Source: Candidatus Latescibacterota bacterium (GTDB lineage: Bacteria > Latescibacterota > UBA2968 > UBA8231). From it: a stretch of DNA of 64,000 nt. Below the pieces are notes generated by a model. That model saw only the letters and a list, made by a program, of their open reading frames with translations, was not told the DNA's origin and did no database searches. The translations under genes were made by a program, and so were the position numbers. Positions 9,154-18,021 of the stretch are shown piece after piece. Position 1 is the stretch's first letter. Every line of letters begins with the position of its first letter. The stretch spans positions 320,001-384,000 of the forward strand of contig OZ220090.1 in NCBI GenBank assembly GCA_964291625.2, given 5' to 3'.

Positions 9154-9402
9154 ATGAACTGGCCTGCTTGGTGGGATTGGGAACTGGAGTTGTCATCCCA
9201 TCTGGAAAAACGTATGCTCCAGCGTGGTTTTACCGAGATTGACTTGCGCACCATGTTGGAACATGCCATTGCCTATCGTCCCGATTTCATGGAGGGACGC
9301 TGGGTCGTCGAGACGCACCTTCGTCATCAATCGTGGGAGATTGTTGTTGAACCGGATTTGCCGGACGGGTCATTGGTAGTCATTACCGCTTATCCCCTTT
9401 GA
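9154..9402 (+). CDS. DUF4258-like (RelE-fold) putative toxin
   Basis: 82 aa; SSHLEKRMLQRGF and terminal VVITAYP motif typical of DUF4258. Confidence 0.75.
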   Translation: MNWPAWWDWELELSSHLEKRMLQRGFTEIDLRTMLEHAIAYRPDFMEGRWVVETHLRHQSWEIVVEPDLPDGSLVVITAYPL

Positions 9403-9415
9403 GGAGCCCCCATCT

Positions 9416-9685
9416 ATGCGAGAGCAATACTTGGAGATCACCTATCGCAAAGGAAAGCCCTTGGCCGCATATCTCTACTTGCCGGCTGCTTCGGGTGTGA
9501 AGAGTGTACGAACCGAGTCGAGAGATGCAGGTCTGCTGGTGGACTTTGGACCTGGTGACCAACCCATTGGCCTGGAAATCACGGCGCCGGAACAGATTAC
9601 GGTAGCCCAGATCAACGCCGTTCTGCGCAGCCTTGATCTTTCTCCAATGAAGGAGCAGGATCTGTCGCCGCTGCAACCCGTGTGA
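9416..9685 (+). CDS. DUF2283-like putative antitoxin
   Basis: 89 aa; AAYLYL...GLLVDF...PIGLEI motif; GAGGAG RBS; directly follows the DUF4258 gene. Confidence 0.75.
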   Translation: MREQYLEITYRKGKPLAAYLYLPAASGVKSVRTESRDAGLLVDFGPGDQPIGLEITAPEQITVAQINAVLRSLDLSPMKEQDLSPLQPV

Positions 9686-9815
9686 CTCTGGAACGAAGGG
9701 GCCTACGTGAGACATCCGAGAATCTGGTAATTTGTGGCCCAGCAGCTCTTGACGGTGACTCTCTCCTTCCATGCCCGGTGCAGGCAACTGAAGTGACGAT
9801 CAGAAGGAGTCTGCA

Positions 9816-11147
9816 ATGCGCTCGAACGCTCGTTGGATGGTGTTGGTCCTCATGTCCGGTATGACTCTCCAACCCGGCTCCGCCCACGGCCAGGAGTTGA
9901 GCCGCGGCAAGCGCTGGGTGCGCAGCCACCCGTTCACCACGATGGCGCTGACGATCGTGCCGAAGACGTTCGACGCCGATCACTACGCCCAGGCCAACCT
10001 GACGAAGCTCCTGGCGTGGAAAATCAAGCCCGGGCTGCTGGAGAAGGCGGCGGCCAAGGGGATGAACTGGCACCAGCACGTGTACCCGCACATGGACGGC
10101 CTGACCGACGAGCTCCAGGCCACGCTGCAGGGGCTGAACGCCGACTATCCCGGGCAGACGGGGTGGCTGGTCTGGGACGAGCCGAATCGGCCGAAGATGT
10201 TCATCGCCGCCAGGACGATCGAGTGGCTCAAGCAGACCTATCCCGAGGCCCTGGTCTACTCCTGCGCCTTCCCGATGGGCGCGACGGCTGAACGGTACTA
10301 CGGAGGGTCGGTGCCCGAGGGTGGGTACAGCTACGAAGAGTATCTGCGCGACTTCGCCACCATCATGGACCCGGACGTGGTGCTGTTCAACGCCTATCCG
10401 TTCATGGAGGACGGCGGGACGAAGAACCTCTTTCCCACCTTGATGACCGCACGCAAGACCGGCAAGGAGATGGACGCGCCGTACTGGGCCTTCGTCCAGG
10501 CATACGCCGACGACAGGCGCGGCTATCGCATGCCCAGTGAGTCGGACGTGCGCATGCAGGTGTTCATGCACCTGACCTGCGGGTACACGGGGATCGCCTA
10601 TTTCACCTACGAGGACCAGCAGGGTCCGGCCATGATCGAGGGGGGCACCGGCCGGCGGCGGCCGATCTACTACCACGTGGCCAGGCTGAACCTCGAAGTG
10701 GGCCACCTCGGCCAGGCGCTGCGCTTCCTGGAGAGCACGGCCGTGCGCTACCTGCCGCAAGGCGGCAACGAGGTCCCCGGCGGCGTTACCGCCTGGAAGC
10801 CGGGCGACGGGGGTGACACGATTATCAGGGCGATCGCCATCGAAGGCGACGAGCCCCCCCCGTCGAAAGACCTTCTGATCGGGTTCTTCAAGGACGACGA
10901 TGGCCGGGACTACTTCATGCTGACGAACCTGTGGCACGGCATGGACGCGTCGTCGGCCGAGCGGGCGGTGACGGTGACGTTGACGCTGGACCCGAGGGTG
11001 AGGGTGATCGGCCGCCTGTCACGCGAAACGGGGCAGCCCGAAGCGCTGGCCGTCGAAGGGGGTGAGTTTCGCATCACCTTGCCGGGCGGCACGGGTGAGC
11101 TGCTCCGCTTCGGCGACGCCAGGTTCCCCGGGCTGGATCAGACGTGA
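9816..11147 (+). CDS. Secreted hypothetical protein, glycoside-hydrolase-like TIM barrel
   Basis: N-terminal signal peptide ending AHG; WLVWDEP and FNAYP motifs resembling clan GH-A-like proteins; AAGGAG RBS. Confidence 0.65.
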   Translation: MRSNARWMVLVLMSGMTLQPGSAHGQELSRGKRWVRSHPFTTMALTIVPKTFDADHYAQANLTKLLAWKIKPGLLEKAAAKGMNWHQHVYPHMDGLTDELQATLQGLNADYPGQTGWLVWDEPNRPKMFIAARTIEWLKQTYPEALVYSCAFPMGATAERYYGGSVPEGGYSYEEYLRDFATIMDPDVVLFNAYPFMEDGGTKNLFPTLMTARKTGKEMDAPYWAFVQAYADDRRGYRMPSESDVRMQVFMHLTCGYTGIAYFTYEDQQGPAMIEGGTGRRRPIYYHVARLNLEVGHLGQALRFLESTAVRYLPQGGNEVPGGVTAWKPGDGGDTIIRAIAIEGDEPPPSKDLLIGFFKDDDGRDYFMLTNLWHGMDASSAERAVTVTLTLDPRVRVIGRLSRETGQPEALAVEGGEFRITLPGGTGELLRFGDARFPGLDQT

Positions 11148-11202
11148 CGTCACCGCTCACTCTCTTGGCGTCCACTCATCGACATCTCATTCGGAGCGTC
11201 CT

Positions 11203-13749
11203 ATGCCTGAGAGAAGTGCACTCTCACCCTTCTTGGGGCTCTTCCATGGAGTGCTGCTGATGGCCTCGATCCATTCGGCTGCGGACGCACAGATCGAACT
11301 GGCCCATGCGGGAGAGGCCAGGGCTGTCATCGTGGCCGACGAGTGGGTGCCGGAAACGACCGCGGCCTTCAGGCAGCTGTCCGTTTCCGCCGGGGAGGAG
11401 GGAGACCTTCTTGGTGAAACCTTCGAAGGAACGACTGGCAAGTCCATCGAGACCCGGGGATGGACGAGCGTGGAAGGTGCCTATGTCGTTTCCCATGACG
11501 GTGAGGAGGCGGGATACTCGGCCAGGGCCCGCTCCCCTGGCTCTCCGCAGTTTTCGGCGGTTTCCGACAGGAAGCTGTCCCGGCCGCACACGGTCACCGA
11601 GGACGCGCCGTTGACGTTGGAGTTCGTGCTCGTGCGGCCAGCCGACACCAGCCACGAGTCGTGGGCCCACGCTGGCGTTCATACGGAGAGTGGAGAGCGA
11701 TGGGCCCATGGAATCCACATCGCACGGGGCGGCGCCGTCTTCTTCGAGTTCGCGGCCGAAGGGGCCGATCCTGATCGCGTACCGTTGCCCGGCGAGGCGG
11801 GCCGGGTCCTGGATCTGAGAGTGGAGATGCGGCCAACCACCGTCCGGTGGTACTGGCGCAACCATGGGGCCGGCGAGCCATACGAGAGATGCCAGGAAGG
11901 GACGATCGCCGGCCCCGTAACGATTACCGGCGTTCGCATCAGCACGATGACTCATCTCGGAGACAGCAAGAGAGATCTGTCCGGCATTCGCCAGAATGCG
12001 GCAACGGGCGACCTGAAGAAGTATCTCGAGGCCGTCACCGGGGCGGAGTTCGCGATTGCGCCTGCATGGGAAGTCCCCGAGGGCATGACGCGGATTCTCG
12101 TGGGCGATTCGCGTCACGCTCGAGCGCTTGCGCGCGACGTCGATTGGGACTCGCTGGGAACAGATGACATCGTGATCAAGACAGTCGGCGGAGATCTGGT
12201 GCTGGCCGGAGGCCAACCACGGGGCACCGTGTACGCCATCTACACCTTTCTCCAGGACGCGCTCGGTTGCCGCTCGTGGGCACCCGGCGCGGAGAGCATC
12301 CCCAGCCAGTCGAACCTGACCGTGCCGGCCATGGACATTGTGTACCGACCGCCCTTCAACATGCGCGTCCATGCCGGCACGTACGGGGCAACCCACGAAG
12401 CGCGGGTCTGGCATCGGATGAGCTTCGACGTGAACTATGACTGGACCACCCACAGCTTCCCCAAACTGCTGCCCCCCAGTGAGCACTTCCTCGAGCATCC
12501 CGATTGGTACATGTACTGCAAAGAGGATGGCAGCGAGGATGAGAGGTACAGCTATCTGTACACCCTCAGCGCGTTGGAGAGAGAGAGCAAGACCGATCGA
12601 CCGGACTCCGCGTTGATCCGGCAGTATGTGGAAGTCGCCCGGCAGACCCGGCGCCTGCCGGGGCAGCCGTGCCCGAACAGCGAGGGGGGAGAGCGGGTGA
12701 TTACCGCCAACGTCCTGGCCGAGTTGGAGCGCGACTATCCGGGCTGGGTCTATCCGCAGAAGATTGCGTGGGTCCTTCAGGGTGACGGACGGAGCATGTG
12801 CACGTGTGATCGCTGTGACGCGATGCGCCGAGAGGAAGGATCCGACTCGGCCAACTGGATGCGACTGGTGAATGCCATTGCGGAGAAGGTCGAGCGCAAG
12901 TACCCCGATGTCCTCGTCGGCATGTTCGCCTACCTGCATACGGAAGCACCGCCCCGCACGATGCGTCCGCGGAAGAACGTACTGATCTACCAGGCGCTGC
13001 TCGACATGAACCGGCTGGACCCGGTGCCGAGCTACACCTTCCACCGGGAGGCGATGAAGAAGTGGGCCGACATGAGCTCGCAGGTGTTCGTCTGGGACTA
13101 CGACGGCAACTTCCGCCATCACTTCCAGCCCCATCCGAACTACTTCAACATGGGTGTCAACGCCCGATTCTTCCAGGAGATCGGGGTGGACGGCATCCTG
13201 CTCCAGGCCAGCTACGGGACCGCGGCGGACATGGGCCCCATGCGCACCTGGGTGGCCGGGCAGATGATGTGGGATCCACGGCAGGACCAGCGAGAGCTGA
13301 TGGAGGAGTTCCTCAATGGCTACTACGGGGCGGCTGGACCCTATCTGATGGAGTACATCGATGCGATGGTCGCCGCCGCCCACAGCCACGGTGACGACTT
13401 CTGGCTGTCCTGCTTCGAGACCGATACCGCCAACTGGGCGACGCTGGAGGATCTCAACGAAGCGACGCGTCTCTTCGAGGAAGCGGCGGCCGCCGTAGCC
13501 GGGGACGATCTCCTGTCGGAGCGATTGTGGCTGGCTCGATCTTCGCTCGACATGGCTTGGCTGGACCGGTATGACGAGTTGCGACAGGATGCGGAACGGA
13601 GAGGGGTGCCGTTTGGAGGGCCGGAGAGTCCAGTGGAGGTGGTGGATGGATGGGCACCCTATCGGCACGCATGGGGGCAGTTCAAGTTGCCGGGGGAGTT
13701 CTCGGAGTATTTCGACGGCATGCGAGAGAGATTCCCTTCGGCGAATTGA
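11203..13749 (+). CDS. DUF4838-domain secreted protein (GH67/GH20-like N-terminal domain)
   Basis: DLKKYLEAVTGAEF, GGQPRGTVYAIYTFL, EHPDWY, CTCDRC, MFAYLHTEAPP, VWDY, MMWDP. Confidence 0.8.
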   Translation: MPERSALSPFLGLFHGVLLMASIHSAADAQIELAHAGEARAVIVADEWVPETTAAFRQLSVSAGEEGDLLGETFEGTTGKSIETRGWTSVEGAYVVSHDGEEAGYSARARSPGSPQFSAVSDRKLSRPHTVTEDAPLTLEFVLVRPADTSHESWAHAGVHTESGERWAHGIHIARGGAVFFEFAAEGADPDRVPLPGEAGRVLDLRVEMRPTTVRWYWRNHGAGEPYERCQEGTIAGPVTITGVRISTMTHLGDSKRDLSGIRQNAATGDLKKYLEAVTGAEFAIAPAWEVPEGMTRILVGDSRHARALARDVDWDSLGTDDIVIKTVGGDLVLAGGQPRGTVYAIYTFLQDALGCRSWAPGAESIPSQSNLTVPAMDIVYRPPFNMRVHAGTYGATHEARVWHRMSFDVNYDWTTHSFPKLLPPSEHFLEHPDWYMYCKEDGSEDERYSYLYTLSALERESKTDRPDSALIRQYVEVARQTRRLPGQPCPNSEGGERVITANVLAELERDYPGWVYPQKIAWVLQGDGRSMCTCDRCDAMRREEGSDSANWMRLVNAIAEKVERKYPDVLVGMFAYLHTEAPPRTMRPRKNVLIYQALLDMNRLDPVPSYTFHREAMKKWADMSSQVFVWDYDGNFRHHFQPHPNYFNMGVNARFFQEIGVDGILLQASYGTAADMGPMRTWVAGQMMWDPRQDQRELMEEFLNGYYGAAGPYLMEYIDAMVAAAHSHGDDFWLSCFETDTANWATLEDLNEATRLFEEAAAAVAGDDLLSERLWLARSSLDMAWLDRYDELRQDAERRGVPFGGPESPVEVVDGWAPYRHAWGQFKLPGEFSEYFDGMRERFPSAN

Positions 13750-13795
13750 CGGGCAGTGGAAGAAGTGTTCCGAACTTCGTGTCGTCTGGGGACGA

Positions 13796-14190
13796 GTGTT
13801 GACTGCTCGCCTTGAGTTCGAGCAGGTGCTGCCGTCCGATGAAGACAGGTTCCGGCAGCTGGTCGATGCCTACTGGCGAAGGGGCCCCAGTTGGATTTGT
13901 CTCTCTCGATTGCTGACACCAGCGCCAAGATCAATGACTTCTACGTCGTTCCGGCGAAGCGCCGGGAGGGTGTCGGATCATTCCTTGTGGGGGCCGTAAC
14001 AGAGATCACCGACGACCTGGGTGTCGATCGGATTGATCTGAGTGTACGTCGCGACAATCCAGGCGCCCTGAAGTTCTGGGAGTCCCAGGGCTTCATGATC
14101 GGACATCACGAGTTGATTCAGTACAGAGATCCGCACAAAGGCATCGGATTTCGGGGAGCTCTCTCATCGGACCTGGACGAGGAAGTCTGA
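13796..14190 (+). pseudogene. Degenerate GNAT acetyltransferase
   Basis: GNAT C-half (INDFYVVPAKRREGVG...NPGALKFWESQGF) is in one frame; N-terminal pieces (FEQVLPSDEDRFRQLVDAYW; EGAPVGFVSL) are in other frames. Confidence 0.6.
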
Positions 14191-14370
14191 ACCCGTCTGC
14201 GGGAAGACGTCCGGACGGACGGAAGTGATCGACTACGAGGATCGGAGTAACGTGGAGCGGAGCGACTGCCAGCGGCGGGCGATTCTGCACGATGTGCGAG
14301 GGCATGAGTTGCTTCAGGGACGGCATGTTGCCACCAAGCCGCTCCGACTCCTGACGGCGTCCCCCTGAGC

Positions 14371-15264
14371 ATGATCTATCCGAGTGCAGTGGCAGGCATC
14401 CTGCGGCACCAGGGCCTCGATGATCCCATCTTCCTCGGAGCGGGCGAGGATGCCTGGGCCTTCGCGCTCTCCGACACCGAGGCGATCCGCATCTTCCCGC
14501 ACGCGTCGAGGAGCTTCGTCTCGGAGTTGGTGCACCTCTACGATCGGCTCCAGGGACACTCCTTCTCCTTCCAGATTCCGCGCATCCATGACGTGCGGAC
14601 CCACGAGGGGATCGTCTACACCATCGAGTCGAGGCTGCCCGGGCGGCCGATGGGGGAGTTCTGCCGGGGGGCCGACGGGGAAGCCCGGCGGCGGGTCCTG
14701 CGGAACTACCTGGAGGCGCTCAGGGAGGTTGGGGAGGTCGAGATCGGCGATCGCGACTTCGGGGGTCTGAGCATCTCAGCGGTCTGGCCTACGGCCGGGA
14801 CGTGGAAGGAGTTCCTCCGCCGGGGGCTGGAGACGTCGTGGGGTCAGATCGGGCCGGGGCTGACGGAAGAGTTCCCCGGCGTTCGGCGGATCATCTCGCG
14901 GCTCGAAGTCCTGATCGAAGAGCGGATGGACTGGGACAGGAAGTCGCTTGTCCATGGCGATGCCTATCCCGGCAATGTCCTGGTCGACGACGACGGAGAG
15001 GTCGCCACGATCCTGGACTTCGGGCGGTACAGCCTGGTCGGAAACCCGCGCCTGGACGTGGCCATCGCCATCGAGCTCACCGAGATCGCTGCGGATTTCA
15101 CCCCGGAGGACACGGAGTACCTGCGCGGCTTGATCGAGGAGGACCCGGCCGCGGCGGCCTACCGCGCCTGGACGGCGATCGTGCTGGCATCCGTGTATGG
15201 CGGCGACTCCCGCATCGTGCGGAAGTGCGTCAGAACCCTGCGCGAGACGGCGGGAGTGCTCTGA
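14371..15264 (+). CDS. Aminoglycoside phosphotransferase (APH)/choline kinase family protein
   Basis: GAGED P-loop, LVHGDAYPGNVLV, ILDFG. Confidence 0.85.
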   Translation: MIYPSAVAGILRHQGLDDPIFLGAGEDAWAFALSDTEAIRIFPHASRSFVSELVHLYDRLQGHSFSFQIPRIHDVRTHEGIVYTIESRLPGRPMGEFCRGADGEARRRVLRNYLEALREVGEVEIGDRDFGGLSISAVWPTAGTWKEFLRRGLETSWGQIGPGLTEEFPGVRRIISRLEVLIEERMDWDRKSLVHGDAYPGNVLVDDDGEVATILDFGRYSLVGNPRLDVAIAIELTEIAADFTPEDTEYLRGLIEEDPAAAAYRAWTAIVLASVYGGDSRIVRKCVRTLRETAGVL

Positions 15265-15267
15265 CCC

Positions 15268-15843
15268 ATGGAAGCGGGCTGGTCATCACCCCATGCTCTC
15301 CGGGTGCAGACAACCCGGGTGAGAACCTTCGAACGGGAACGTGTCCGCTGGCCGGTCTCGCTCCGCCGGGGGCACGCGACGGATGCCCGCCGAACCTGGG
15401 TCTTCCCCGATGGGGGCGGGAGCGGCAGGTTCTCGGCGGTAGTCCTCCGTCGGGGGGCCGAGGAGCACCGGATGGCCGGGCGGCGCGGAACCGCCAGCAA
15501 CAGCGTGGTGGCCGAGCTCGACGGGGTCGTGCTGGGTCTGGAGAGCTGCCGACCCCGTGAGAGGGTCACCATCGTCTCCGACTACCTCTGGACGGCCTAC
15601 TACATCAACGGGTGGCGCCGGGTGCATCACCCGTACCTGCGCGAAGGGGTGGACCGGGCGAGGTCCTGCCTCGAGAGGTTGAAGAGCGCCGTGTTCGTGC
15701 ATTACGTGCTGGAGACGGGCGGCGCATGCGCCTTCAGGCGATGGAACGCGGTCGCCCATGACCTGTGCCAGGAACACCCGAGAACGTTGCACTACTGTCA
15801 GGACGCAAGTTCAACTCCACTTCCCATGGCGAGACCACCATGA
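15268..15843 (+). CDS. Ribonuclease H-like protein (RNase HI fold)
   Basis: VFPDGG (D), AELDG (E), IVSD (D), then NAVAHDLC; start codon uncertain. Confidence 0.65.
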   Translation: MEAGWSSPHALRVQTTRVRTFERERVRWPVSLRRGHATDARRTWVFPDGGGSGRFSAVVLRRGAEEHRMAGRRGTASNSVVAELDGVVLGLESCRPRERVTIVSDYLWTAYYINGWRRVHHPYLREGVDRARSCLERLKSAVFVHYVLETGGACAFRRWNAVAHDLCQEHPRTLHYCQDASSTPLPMARPP

Positions 15844-17027
15844 CCAGCACCCTGACCGACCAACAGATCGCCGATTACCATTCGGACGGCTACCTCATCA
15901 TCCGCGATGTCGTCTCCTCCCGGGAGACCTCGGAACTGAGGCGAATCGTCCAGCGGATGGTCCGCGAAGAAGCGGACCCAGCCTCACGGAAGTACCCCGC
16001 GCCCGGCAAGTACACCATCGCCGGCAACCGGATGGCCGAACCCGGACTGGCGCCCATTGCCGAGCATCCGGCAGTCGTCGATGCCGTCGAGGCCATATTC
16101 GGGCAACCCGCTCATCTGACCGCCTACGTCGCCTACCTGCGCGCTCCAGGCGACAAGGGCGGCAGTGCTCACTGCGACTACAAGCGATGGCGCCCCGTGG
16201 GCTCTTCCATGCGCTGGCTCTTCGCCATCATCCCGTTGAACGACTTCAGCCGCGAATACGGCCCGCTGCTGGTCTCGCCCGGCTCCCACAAGCTCACGCG
16301 GGTCGTCGACCCGGAGGCGCACATCCTGGATGTGACGCCCCCCGATCGCGATCAACTGCCCGACTTCATCGATCCCGAGCTCGGGGCCGGCGACCTGCTG
16401 CTGATGGACATGCATACCTGGCACGATGCACCGGCGGGGACGACCACCGATGACCGCGTCGGGATCTTCAACAAGTACTGTGCCGTCAACGCACCGCCCG
16501 CCGCGGGCTACTATCCATACGATCCCGCCGCCCACCATGCGATGAGCGACGCCGGCAAGCGGCTAATACCCCTCCACTTCGACCGGCCGCTCACCGACAC
16601 CCGGCTGCTCCTCGAATCGACATCGGGAGCGGAGCCGCGGTATCTCCTCACCAGCGCCGACGGCAACGGGAGCCGGGAACTGCCCGGCGGCCTGGGTCGG
16701 GAAGAGGAAAGGGCGGGCTGGGACATCGGTTGTCGGATCGGCTCCCTGCAGTCCCTCGTCAAGAGCCGGCTGAACCTCGATCTCCCCTGGGCATCCTACA
16801 TCGACGACGTGGCAACCGATGGCGGCGTATCCCGCGTCTACGGGTATGCTGACGCCGAAGTCGATCGCGGGTCACTCGGCGCCCGAGACTGGTTCACCCG
16901 GGACCAGCTCCTGAACATGCTCGGTGAGTCGCACGCCATCTGCCGCTCCGTCTCGACCTGGCACCGGGGGGACCTCATCCGGGGCAAGGGCAAGGCCGTC
17001 AGCCAGAAGGAAGTGCAGTTCGAGTAG
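15840..17027 (+). CDS. PhyH-family dioxygenase fused to a degenerate Nudix-like domain
   Basis: LTDQQIADYHSDGY, AHCD, VSPGSH, TWH; C-terminal RYLL...ELPGG.GREEE. ATG overlaps the upstream stop (ATGA). Confidence 0.8.
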   Translation: MTSTLTDQQIADYHSDGYLIIRDVVSSRETSELRRIVQRMVREEADPASRKYPAPGKYTIAGNRMAEPGLAPIAEHPAVVDAVEAIFGQPAHLTAYVAYLRAPGDKGGSAHCDYKRWRPVGSSMRWLFAIIPLNDFSREYGPLLVSPGSHKLTRVVDPEAHILDVTPPDRDQLPDFIDPELGAGDLLLMDMHTWHDAPAGTTTDDRVGIFNKYCAVNAPPAAGYYPYDPAAHHAMSDAGKRLIPLHFDRPLTDTRLLLESTSGAEPRYLLTSADGNGSRELPGGLGREEERAGWDIGCRIGSLQSLVKSRLNLDLPWASYIDDVATDGGVSRVYGYADAEVDRGSLGARDWFTRDQLLNMLGESHAICRSVSTWHRGDLIRGKGKAVSQKEVQFE

Positions 17028-17037
17028 GTGATGGAAG

Positions 17038-17940
17038 GTGATGGCAGAGATCCGTCTCAAGTCGCTTCCTGACATCGATGGCTACTGGAATTATCAGTTT
17101 GGCGATATGGTGTTGCGCACGGAATCTCTGTCTAAGGCAGATCGCCAGCGAGTGATCCCTTTGGGACAGGCCAGCGGCATCCTGATGGCTTACATAGCAC
17201 GGCATCGCGATCTCCTAGAAAGGAAGAGGGTCATTGAGCCCTTCGCAGGTAGTGGTCCATTGGGGCTCCTGGCCCTTCACGTGGGTGCAGAGTCAGCTCA
17301 CTTTGTGGATCTCAATCCCAGAGTCAGCGACTTCATTCACCACAATGCGATGAGGAACGATATTCCCAGTCATCGCTATGCAGTCCACATATCTGATTTA
17401 GAGAGGTTTCACCCCCAGGAGCCATTCGATTGGCTCTTTGCCAACCCGCCTTTTGTCCCCACGCCTCCCGGAGTTCCGGGCGTCCTTCATTCAGCGGCGG
17501 GGCCAGATGGGAGTCGTCTGGCGGAAGTCCTGATAGCACGGATTCCACATTTCCTTCATGCAAGTGGCGAAGCCCTGATCTCTCTCCTGCAGTTGGAAGT
17601 ATCTGGGCGTCCTTTGGTATCCCTGGCCTGCGAGGAACTGCTGCCGGATCGGCCTGTCGAGTTCACCAAGGGCTGGCAATACCAGCTTCCCTTCGAGCGC
17701 CTGGTTGAGGCCTACCGCGACCAAGTCCCTGAGAAGGGGGATGCTATTGATGAGTGGTTTCTCTCTCTCTCGGAAGAACTGGGGGGAGAGCTGACCATGG
17801 ACTCGTATGTGATCCACATTGGGCCTGTGGGGACTCACCCCGGAGTACGCATCCGCAACTATGACGGAACAAAGTTTGGCCGTGGTTTTTTCCACCCTCG
17901 TGACTCTCTGCAGGAGGTGGTAGAGGAAAACCTGATTTGA
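17038..17940 (+). CDS. Class I SAM methyltransferase with NPPF motif (PrmC/HemK-like amino-methylase)
   Basis: EPFAGSG motif I, ANPPFVP motif IV; noticeably lower GC. Confidence 0.8.
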   Translation: MMAEIRLKSLPDIDGYWNYQFGDMVLRTESLSKADRQRVIPLGQASGILMAYIARHRDLLERKRVIEPFAGSGPLGLLALHVGAESAHFVDLNPRVSDFIHHNAMRNDIPSHRYAVHISDLERFHPQEPFDWLFANPPFVPTPPGVPGVLHSAAGPDGSRLAEVLIARIPHFLHASGEALISLLQLEVSGRPLVSLACEELLPDRPVEFTKGWQYQLPFERLVEAYRDQVPEKGDAIDEWFLSLSEELGGELTMDSYVIHIGPVGTHPGVRIRNYDGTKFGRGFFHPRDSLQEVVEENLI

Positions 17941-18021
17941 CAGACGTCGCCGGAGTTCTGTAGCTCGACACGCCATACTGCACAGACACGAGGTAGCAGT
18001 TCTCTGCATCCGGAGTCACTG

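Noticed and set aside
15268-15843. Retroelement or retron component
   Set aside because: No reverse transcriptase (YxDD) gene or integrase in the window.
17038-17940. Restriction-modification system
   Set aside because: No endonuclease or specificity subunit nearby, and the motif context looks PrmC-like.
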